From Camelus ferus (Eukaryota), in assembly GCF_009834535.1 (NCBI RefSeq), contig NC_045696.1, forward strand, positions 53,012,001-53,076,000: a stretch of 64,000 nucleotides of DNA. The letters run 5' to 3'. Both the position numbers and the translations under genes were made by a program. Below are positions 53,617 to 64,000 of the stretch, in pieces. The notes under the pieces were generated by a model. That model saw only the letters and a list, made by a program, of their open reading frames with translations. It had not been told where the DNA came from and made no database searches. The first letter of the stretch is position 1. Every line of letters starts with the position of its first letter.

Positions 53617-53710
53617 CTAAATATATTCATTTAATGTCTTTCTTTCTATCTGTGTATGATAATCTAAATATATTCATTTAATGTCTTTCTTTCTATCTGT
53701 GTATGATAAC
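53617..53710. repeat. 47-bp tandem duplication (2 copies, 46/47 identical)
   Basis: CTAAATATATTCATTTAATGTCTTTCTTTCTATCTGTGTATGATAA(T/C) at 53617-53663 and 53664-53710. Confidence 0.97.
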
Positions 53711-55339
53711 TTAATATCTGAGCTTGTACCCTCCTAGAGAGCACATAATGTGTCTGCCTCAAATGGTAGCCCATGCAGAGAGATGATTCAGAAATATTAC
53801 TGAAGTTGATGAAGAGGGAGATGAACAGAAATGTGGTATTACTGGCTAACCTGCAAAACACAAAACCCTGAAATTCTAATTTTACCCAAACCAATTCTAC
53901 TATCCCATGCCCAGAGGCACTCAAGCAGCAAGGCTGCATGGCTTACACACAGTGCTGTGAAATGCAGACCTCATACAGCAGCCGAGGTATATAAATATGC
54001 AAATCATAGATGTATACAGACACAGCCTTCCAGTAGAGAACACCAGCTGTCACAGGCAGCAAAATCACTTCGAGGACTTGGCATTGGTGAATTGGCAAAT
54101 ACCCTCTGGTTGTTGCTGCCCCATCAATCATGGGCCATTTGGCCAGGCTGCATTCTTCAACAGGTTTTCTCCCCCTTTTAAACTCAGTTTAACTCAAATA
54201 ACTTTTTTTTTCTTGAGGTGATGAAATAAGCCACTATAAAGTTATATCTGAGTCACATATACAGAATTTTTTATTCTCTGGACACAACCTTTCCTTTATC
54301 TTGCCATTTAAAAAATCTTTTCTCCACCCACACCATCCCCCACCAAAGAAAATAAAATTTAAACGTCAAGCTAATGTTTTGTTTTTCTTTATTAAAGAAC
54401 TATTACGAAAGATTCTGCTGGGATTTGGGTGATGACCTACATGCAGAGTTAAGCAGTTTGTTCATTTTTTTCAGAGACTATTGAAGACTATCAGCCCATA
54501 AAACTCTAGACCAAATTATCACAGGGATTATGAAATGAAAGGAGAATAGGGAGGAGGATGAAAATATACAGACAATATTGACAAACGTTTGGTACCCCCC
54601 CAGTCTATGGAAACTCCAGTTTAATGGGGAAATGAACAAGAAACTTACTTCTCAACAAACAACACAGAATGGTTTATAACCATCAAGGCATTCTGAGAGA
54701 AGTAAATATGTCATCGATTTTAAATAGCAGTATTATCCAGCAGAGAGCAGATCAATGAAAGTTGCGTAGGTTTTCAGATGCTTCAGGATATTAAAGAACA
54801 ATCCCATTTCCCCCTCCATAAACCACTCCATCCAGAAGAGTAATTTAAAATGTGGCATAAATCATTATCTGCTCAGCAACCAATCAGCGTTTGGGAAAGA
54901 TATCTACCCATCTTCTTCTGCCTTGAAATGATCTGAAATGCTCTCATTTTTGTTAACACATAGGCCTGGTACAGTTCTTCTGACTGGATACTTGATAGAA
55001 AATAATAAGTTTTCTTTCAGATTTAATATTTTCTCATTATAGCAGACACTAGAAGAGAAACTGATATTTTTCTTTGGAAAAACTAAAGTACTCAATAATT
55101 ATTAGTTGGGTGATGTTCATTATACCCTTGTAAAGAACTTGATGAGATTTATTGCTGTTTCAAAGATAGAGGGAAGAGGGTACAGATAATTAGAAAGATT
55201 TGTTCTTTCCGCACAAAGGTTAAGGTGAGGAAGAATCACAACGAATAAAGACTAGGATTTTCATCAACTGTCAACATTCTTTATATGATTTCATCATCTA
55301 CTGTGAACCTGGATGTTTCTGTTAGAATGTAAAATCATT

Positions 55340-56800
55340 AACCCAGTATTTTCTGAACCTTCTATTTTCTGAAGTTCTATGTAGTTTCAAAGAGAAACAA
55401 GTCACAATCTGTGCATGCTGGGAACATATACCAGTAGAGAAGGTAAGATGTGTATTCAAATAGCCAGATTATAAAGTAGAATGTAATATTTGTTCAGAGA
55501 GAAATAAAGTGCTTCTAGTGTCAAATAAGAAAGGACTTGCTTGTGGATGGTGAGATCAAATGGGCCATGATAAAGAAATCACCTACATAGAATGTGCACA
55601 GTGATTTTTTAAAACCTCATTGGGAACCTGTTGTTTCCTAGCTTAAAATCTCCAATTGATTCTATCTCATTTGGAATACCCACACATCCCCCACAAAAAA
55701 CAAAGTAAAACAAACACCCTAGCATATCTGCAAGGCTCCATGTACTTTGCCACCTCCTCTTGTTTCCCATCCCGCCTTACTCACCATGGTCCAGCTCATT
55801 AGTCACATGCCCTAATTCTGCTTGGAATCCCCCTTCTCACATTTCATGCCTGGCTAACTCTATTTTCACAATTTTGGAGAAGAGTTTGATTATCTAGGAT
55901 ACAGAGTATGCATAGAAGGGAAAAATAGCTTATAACAATATATTGGGGAAATTACTCAGAACTAGACTATTCTGTGTGTAGTTGTGAGAAGATGAAAGTT
56001 TTTGAGACAAGGAATGTTAATATCAGAGCTATGTTTCACAATTATCTGGAAGTGATATTCAGGCCAATTTAGAACTCAGAAAGGTGAGAGAAAGAGATAC
56101 ATTTTTTGAAAAAAAAAGAGAAAGAGGTAATGAGGGCCCAAATTAGAGAAGGTAAGAAAGTATGATCTACAAAAATGTGTGACTGATTCAATGGAGATGA
56201 CTGGGGATGAAGAAGTCAGAAATAACACCGATTTCAGGGAGATCAATTATGCCATTATCAGAAGTAAGGTAATCAGAAGGAAGAGGAGAGGATCCTTTGG
56301 AGGGAAAAATTAATTTTGACTTGAGAAAAATAAATATGAAGAGAGAAAGAAATATTTATAAGGTATTTCTAGACTAGGATTCCCCTCCCCCCAAAAAAGG
56401 CAGGCTGGTAATGGAGACTTGGAATCAAACTGTACAGATGTTATAGTAAAGATGAGATCATCAATGGACAAAATCTGGAAATGAAGCAAGAATAGTTCTC
56501 ATGAAACATACAAAAATATGAAAATCATACAAGTAAAGGATTTCAAGCTGACATGATCTGAGAGGAAGAAGGAACACTAGAATAGGGCACTATTTCAGGA
56601 AATAAGGAAAGAAACTGCAAGAAAAAAGGGAATCCTTAGCAGTCTGCCTAAACAGAAGTTAAAGAGAATAACATGAGAAGGCTGGCTTTTTTAAAAGGGA
56701 GGAACAGTGGGAAGCTGTAAATACAAAATAAGGAGAAGACTAGGAAAAGTTGTTTTAAGCAATTGAGATGAAAATCAGTGAGTGATGTATGGAGAAATTT
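55340..56800 (-). mobile_element. Degenerate L2 fragments
   Basis: Purine-rich reverse-L2 text (gtttttgagacaagg, tgtgactgattcaatgg, atgccattatcagaa, gatgagatcatc). Confidence 0.5.
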
Positions 56801-57559
56801 CGAGAAAGCATAAGGAATCCAGGTGAGGTTAGTTAGCATGACTTTGTAGGGTAGTCAATGAAATGTTATGACATCCCATTTCCTATACACCTTTAGATGA
56901 GAGGAAGAAAAGAATTACAGAAGTTACTCATCAGTAAGGGCCAGAGAGCTCAAGAGAAGATAAGATCAGAGACTTGAATTTAGGGGGCCAGTAAGGAGGC
57001 CACTGAAATGTCAGACTCTGGGCTCTGGCTTGGATAAACAGGCAGATGAAGGAAGTACATGGCTAAAATAGCATCCAAGAAATCCAGATAGAAGGTTTGT
57101 TTGTTTGGTTTTGTCCTTTGTTTGGAAATCAGGATGAGACTTAGAAATTATGCTGGAAATTGTTTATTCTACAATTTTATTTGATCTGAGGAAACTGACA
57201 AAGTCCTACTCACACAAAATCTGTCTTTGTTCCCCCTCCCTGAGTCTTTGTAATTGGTTGTGTATGTGTGTAGCATTATCTTTAAAATATCTCTTTTAAA
57301 AAGAATGTATCTTTGCAAGGTGTAAGAAATTGAGGCCTTATCATTTTAGAATAAATGATTTTATGAGTTTGCTTCCACCATAGAATAAAGAAAAGATAGA
57401 TGAGCACGTAGATGAGAGAATAATGGAGGGCTGAAGAAGGGAAAAATACATAAAAAGGAAAATAAAATGGAAATAGAAGTTGTCAAAGAGAAATTTTGCT
57501 CTCTGAAAATTTTTATGAAAGCCTGTCCTTTCAATAATCATGAGCTTATTATTTTAACA

Positions 57560-60480
57560 ATTTGTAAACTATTTTCCAGATGTAATATAGGCATATACAC
57601 AATAAAATTTGAAAACTAACTAATGTAATTTTACCTATAAAACAACATTTTAAAAATTATTGTAAAAACTATGTTGGTATATTTTGTTCAATCTTCTTTT
57701 CCAATGGATATATGAATGCATATGGTATAAGTGTATATTATAGTCCACAAAATTGAGGTTACAGTTTATACTGTTTTTGTAAACTGCCACTTCAATTAAC
57801 CATATATTGCAAACACATTTATTATATAATAAAATGTTTTATAAAGCATGATAGTTAATGGCTGCTTAGTTGTATAAATCAGAGTCTTTAATTGGAAGAA
57901 ACAGGAAACATTTCTGGATCTCTTGTGCATAAAAAGAACTCATTGCAACTGGGAAATCTTTGAAACTAGAATCATGTGCAAAAAGTCTTATGAAGGGGGC
58001 ATGACTGCTGGTGAACCTAAACATGAGATAACGTGGTTTTCACCACTGTCAGCATGGCCCTAGATCCAGGCCTTGGTGAAACATTACTGATATAGCCATT
58101 CTTATACAATAAACTCACTTTGGTTACCACCAAATACCTTGGCCCTGAATTTCCTGTATCAGTAATGTCTATCAACAGTTCTGAGCCTGGGGCAGGTGCA
58201 GTGGAGTTTCAAGGCCTGTATTTCGTGTCCAAGTCCTGGTTTTGAGGGTTGAATCTGGATTTTCTTTCAGCTTTACCCTGGGTGGTGATGCCTGCAACCC
58301 AACAATACTGAAAGGAGGGAAATTCCTAAGCACAGGGAAGAGGTTTGAATGTTGGGCATTCTAATGCCCATCATAAAAGTATTTCTTCTTATGAAATGAC
58401 CCCAATTTAACTTCCTCCTTCCTTATTCTGAATATTTCGGGTGTTTTCCATAATTTATTTCAAAGCAATTCTGTGATGATCACTTTGTACACAAATCTAT
58501 GTGTGCATTTCAGAGGATCTTCTTTCTACACATTTATACAAGTGGAATTACTAGGTCAAATGATCCAAATTTAGTTTAAAACTTTGACAGACATCCCTAT
58601 ATTACCCTAGCAAAGTCTCTTTTAATTTACACTCTCAACAGGGAAATATAAAAGTGTCAGTTTTCCTACTGACTTGCCAATTCTGGCTAGCCACATTTTG
58701 TTAACCCTTTCCCATTATTATTAGTTTTAAAAATAATAATTTATTGCTGTTTGCATTTCCTTGATTATTAGTAAAGTTTTACAGTTTTCCAGATGTTTGC
58801 TATATTCAAGGATCCTTTTGTGGATTGGCAATTTAAGTCCTTCAACAAATTTTAGTCATGTTTCACCGTATTTTCTGCACTGATTTCTCCTCTTTATTGA
58901 TATGTTGAAATCTATTCATATACCAATGACATCAAGATTTTATCTATTACATATTTTGTTTTTAAATCACTTTATCCCTTCTCTTAACTTTAGACATTTA
59001 TATATCTGTAGTCAAATTTATTCATTTTTTTCTTTATGCTTTTTAAACTTATTTTTATGCTAAGAAAGCTTTCCTCACTCTGTTCAGATGCATATGTATT
59101 GATGGTTCTTTTAGGCTTTTCCTCTATTTGATAGACATCCCTACCCTAGCAAAGTTTCTACTAATTTACACTCTCAACAGGGAGAAATAAAAGTCTCAGG
59201 TTTCTTTTTCCTTTATTTTCTACTTTTAAATCTTTAAGGGATCTGGTATTAATTTTCATGAGTGGTTGTTCAGTAAAAATATCATTTTATTTTTCTTTAA
59301 TTATTCAAAACCACCTGTTGAATAATCATACTTTCTCCATGATTTTAAATAAACCTGGGTCTTATGTGTGGTGTACACAGTAATGTTTTATGCATTTCAT
59401 TTATATCCATAAACTTGGGCATTCTTAAAGTAAAAATACACTGTTTTGATAATTTTATCTTTACAAAATATGTTAGTATCTAGAAGTACAGAAGTCTTCC
59501 TGCCCCAATAAAACAATAAAAAAAAAAATGTACCGGCTATTCATGCCCATCTATTCTTTATAATTAATTTGATAAACTTAGTATAATTTCAATCAAAAAT
59601 CTCCCAAAGTAATTTTTAGACGTATAAAAAAATTCTTTTTATCTTGGGAAAAATTGTCATCTTCACATTATTTGTGCTGCCATTCAGGAATGAAATTTTT
59701 CCCTTCCAGTAAAACAACAACAGCAACAAAACAGACAGAAAACAAACAAAAAAACACACCAAAAACAAACAAAACCTCTTCCTGCCAGGTAAAGTGATAT
59801 CAATTTCTGCATTTAGGTTTTCCACATTCTTTATCTGATTTATGCTTAAATGTTGTTTATATTACTGAAGCTTTGTGAATAGACATTCTATAGTATTATT
59901 TTATAAGTGTTTTATTATAACTGAATGTAAAAACTCTTAGTTTTACATGTTTCTTCAGATAATTGGACAACTTATCAAATATAACTGCTAATAGTGCTAA
60001 TATTCTGGTCATTAATTTATGACTTTTTTCCAGTTAGTAATCACTTTAGCTGGAAATATAATTAAGTTTCTTTTCTCCTTTTTCACAACTACATCTTTTT
60101 GTTTTATTTTCTTATCTCATTGCATTAACTAGAACCTTCAGAATAATGTTAAATAATAATAATGATTGTTGGTATCCCTGCCTTATTCCTGAATTAATTA
60201 TTGTTGAGGCTAATCATCTTTTTCATGTTAAAAAAAAGACATCCTCTATACTCAGTTCACTGAATTTGTGAGTATTTAATAAAATCAAAAGAATTGAGGT
60301 TGGTTAAATTATATTGTATATATTTTTGTTGGTTACTCAGATTATCTCATGATTTTTCTCCTTTGACATTTTGATGTATTTTATTCATATATTGCTTTAT
60401 AATGGATTTTGCATTAAAATACTGTGTGATTTTGTTATATTTAATATAATTTTGAATTATATTCACTAGTAATTAATCCT
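57560..60480 (-). mobile_element. Ancient L1M(E)-like element with a nested probable MaLR LTR (about 57870-58340)
   Basis: agtggaattactaggtcaaa, aatttacactctcaacag, tttgcatttccttgattattagt, cattaactagaaccttcagaataatgttaaata...atccctgccttattcctga. Confidence 0.7.
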
Positions 60481-60511
60481 GATACCTACCTTAAATATTA
60501 TTGTGTCTGTT

Positions 60512-60960
60512 TTACTTTTATTTTAAAATCATTTCAAATTTACAAAAAAAAAAAAAATTACAGGAATAATACAAAGAACTCCCATATACTCTTCACCCAA
60601 AGACTCCATTGAAGTTTTGTCATTGTCCCAATAAAGTCTTTTCTAGCAAAATGGTCCAATGTAGGATTCCATGTCACATCCAATATCATATTACAGTAAA
60701 CCCTTCAATCTAGGGCAGTTGCTCTATCTCCCCTGACTTTCACAACTTGGACATTTATGAAGATTACAGGGCAGTCAATCCATAGAATGTCCTTCCACTT
60801 GGGTATGCCCAATGTCTTCTCATGCTTAGACTCAGGTTTGGATAGAAAAATCACAGAAGTGATGCTGTATTCTGTTCATTGTATCCTATCGTTTGGCACA
60901 TGATGCTAATTTGTCCCATTACTTATAATGTTAGCTTTGAATGATGTCAGATAGATTTCT
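60512..60960 (-). mobile_element. L1MC-like 3'UTR fragment
   Basis: ttttattttaaaatcatttcaaatttac...aataatacaaagaactcccatatactcttcaccca...agaatgtccttccacttggg...atcacagaagtgatgctg. Confidence 0.7.
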
Positions 60961-63134
60961 CTACACTCCTTGTCTAACAGTTTTTTCACTAAAAAGCAGA
61001 AAAGGGGGCTCAATGCCTTTTGCATACTTGATCTGTAACCGAGGCAGATCTAGGATTTGACACATCATAGAGAAAACACAAATCATCTTGTTGTCCAGAA
61101 ATATGTTACCTATTTAAAGCAAACTGAAAATGATGAAAGTATGCATATACTGAAAAATATATGCCATCTTTCTTGACTTTTAGATATATAAATTCACAAA
61201 GTTGCCTTTAAGATTTTTAAGAGTATAAGGATTTTTTCTTTTTTCTTTTTGTTTTTGGTGATGTACAAAAAACAAATGCTACAACTGATGATAATTTATG
61301 GTAGCTTACAGAACTAATTAAAAATATTTGAAAGACTAGCTTTCCTTATCTTGATAGGTAAAAGCTCTGTGTAAAAACTAGTGCATCTGTGAGTAGCCAC
61401 ATATGATATCATGTAAATGTAAGTAAAAATAACTGTGGCAGAGACTGGATGTAGCTAAACTATCCAGCAGATGCAGATCCAATATAGAATAAATCCCACT
61501 CCAAAATCCTTCCTAATCACCATCAAAATTCTGACCAGAAGGTACTAAAATCCTTACTGGTTTAATGATTCAAGAATATACTGAATCTCTGAATAGAGAT
61601 GAACATTGGTCTGTAGCTTCAAGTAGCTTTCTTCTTTTCATGGAGTCTGGGTTTTAACACTGAGCCAGCTCAGGGCACTAAAATAACTTTATCTCTCTTC
61701 TTTTATTTTTTCTCATCTTCAGAAGAGACAAATGCCCGATAGAGCAGAATGTGGATGTAAATAGTGGATTTATTTTAATAACTGAAAGATGGACTGCAGA
61801 TACACATAGAGAGCTTGGGGACAGTAATTATATAAATTATGAGTGGATGGGCTTGACTTAAATAAGACTTGAAGTCCTTCCTACAGTGGGAATATCAAAT
61901 TAAAATTGCATAAGGTAATATTCCCAAATATTTTAGCCCTAAAGTTTCATTTCTTCCCATTACATTAGCTGTGTGATTGCTGATGAGAATAGTGACATCC
62001 TTAAAGTCTGAACCTGACCTATTAACAGACAATCAAGAGGCTACTGTCTGAAAAATTAAGCTGAAGAGTAGGAGAATTAGTAGACTTCAGCAGGCAAGAT
62101 CCAAATGAGAATTCCAGTTACTTAGTAAGATTCTCAATAACCAACAGAATTCACCCTCATATCAAATTCAACTAAAAAAGGTCTCAAATTCTTTATTTTA
62201 TTAGAACATTTAAAACAAGTAAAGAGCTCCCGGCTAAGTTGAATTGAATGCAGAGGCAAATGTTTTGTATGAAATTTTGTAGGCAATGTTATTGAGTAAT
62301 CAGTGCAACATGATGCTAATAAGGAAGGGGGAGAAGAAAGATGGAAGGGAAAGGAGAGCAAAGGAAGTAATGAAAGAAAGGAAAGAAGAGAGAGTAAAAG
62401 AGATAGAAGAGGTACCTTTTGGAGTTCCAGGTAACAGCTTTTGGTCAGAATTAGGAATGATTAATAGGATTGTAAAATGCATTCTAAGAATTTAAATCCT
62501 AGAAACAACAAGTTCTAGACTAATATTTATGAAAAAAATTAAATGTTTCCTAACACTTGAATTTTCAAGTATTGAATTGAAAGAGGATCCACAGACACTA
62601 CAGTTGTCAGCCAATATGAATATTCTAGGATTAATGAAATACAGGAAATGTGGCGTTTTAAGCATGGGTATCTGAAAAGAAAGACCAAAAGTGTCAGGTC
62701 TTAGAAGGAGTCAACTTTCACATTTGTTTTCATAATTATATTGGTTTAATTAAGGTAATTATGCAATATAGTTTCTTATAAGTAATGGAGAGAGTCTCAC
62801 AATCCAGGTGTGCGATAAATATTATAAGGTATGGTGAATGAGATATTTAAAAATAAGATTCACGTTCTAAAAAATATCACTTCAGGATGTCCCTTGTATT
62901 CACAGACACATAGAGATTCTTAACATTACAATTTTAAAAAATCTCATTTTTGAAGTCACTATTCCCAGGGCTCAAGAAGATGAGATTAATCTCTGTTTTT
63001 GATGAGTACACAGGTTTATTTTATTTTACTTTTAATTTTTCTATTACAAGACTCTAGTACCTGTTTTGAAGAGTTTTAGATATAATTTGATGCCATGTCA
63101 TACAGGAAAGGCAGCAGCAAATCCCTCTCATCGA

Positions 63135-63310
63135 TTGCTTTAGTTCTTGGTTTTTCACATGTATCTGAATCACCTGCAGAGCATAATGTATTTGTAAATT
63201 TTGGCTGCATTCCCAGGGATTCTTATTTGATTGTTCTGGGAATGGTTCTCAGGATTCTGCATTTTGAAAAATATGATGAACCAAACCATTGATTCTGTTG
63301 TAGGTTATGC
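63135..63310. mobile_element. MER5-like hAT-Charlie fragment
   Basis: gaatcacctg...ggattcttatttgattgttctggga...caggattctgcattttgaa...tgattctg. Confidence 0.6.
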
Positions 63311-64000
63311 AAGGATCAGATAAAGAGAAATATTGCCTTAACACAAGTGCCTCCATTTGTGGCATGATCAGAAAAACAAGAAATCACAGCAGGGTAACCT
63401 TTGGAGAATAAACGAACATTATTAATGAGAAGGATGACAAAAGAATCTGTTTATTTTATTGAAGTTAAGGGTGACGTTTTCTTAATCTTTGATCTTAGAA
63501 TCTGTAAAGGAGGTGGTGTAGGAACCAAAATATCTGGCTTTAGAAATGGGTCCCTCCATTTATAAAGTATCTGGAATGTATGTTTAGTTTTGAATAGCCC
63601 TGGCTTCAACAGATGTAATATTTAATAACATTAGTCACAAGTGATCCCAAAGGTTATTATTGATTTTTGTATTTGCTGATGCAAAACTCTCACCTGTGTA
63701 CCTTATGAGGAAGATACGTGGAGATGTCATTTAGCTAAAGATTGAGTTTGGCGAACCATGCAGCATATCTATTTCAACACAGGTTATTTTGTGTGTAATG
63801 ACCCTCATGAACAGATTAAAAAAAAAACTTACTTTTTTCGTGAAAAATAATCACCAAAATAAGAGAGAAAAACGTTGGAGATGTTGAAAAGTTACTAACA
63901 TTGTAGGAATATAAAAAAGGAAAGTAAATTTCCAGGGGAAATGGGATGCAGGAGAAATGTGAGGGGGACAAACACTTAAATACTTATGAAGTTGAGATTT

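Larger units (their letters stand above)
6099..64000 (-). other. LSAMP: LSAMP intron upstream of the exon (preceding Ig1 exon not found in window)
   Basis: No Ig1-coding sequence recognised upstream; LSAMP is known for very large introns. Confidence 0.75.

Noticed and set aside
1..64000. CRISPR array, prokaryotic operon or other novel multi-gene system
   Set aside because: The sequence is mammalian intron; no repeat-spacer array, and the only ORF over 200 aa is L1-derived.

Overview
AT-rich mammalian genomic DNA, most likely camelid (one short tRNA-derived SINE of the camelid Vic-1 type, a Tigger1a_Art-like element, and no Alu, B1, PRE1 or Bov-A/BovB seen). The window appears to lie inside the neuronal IgLON gene LSAMP on the minus strand. 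Only one host coding exon is present (5973-6098, 126 bp, N-terminal half of Ig domain 2, missed by the ORF track); the rest is intronic. The introns hold a young 5'-truncated L1 with TSD and a stop-free ORF2 C-terminus, an internal L1 ORF2 fragment, older L1s, many MIR and L2 relics, MaLR/ERVL LTRs and hAT/TcMar DNA transposons. I see no convincing new biological system. The best second looks are an apparently internally primed L1 (TSD but no 3' end or poly-A), a 171-bp inverted L1 pair bracketing the in-frame-skippable exon, local duplications and candidate neuronal regulatory motifs. Repeat family names come from my recollection of consensus sequences, and boundaries of old repeats are approximate.
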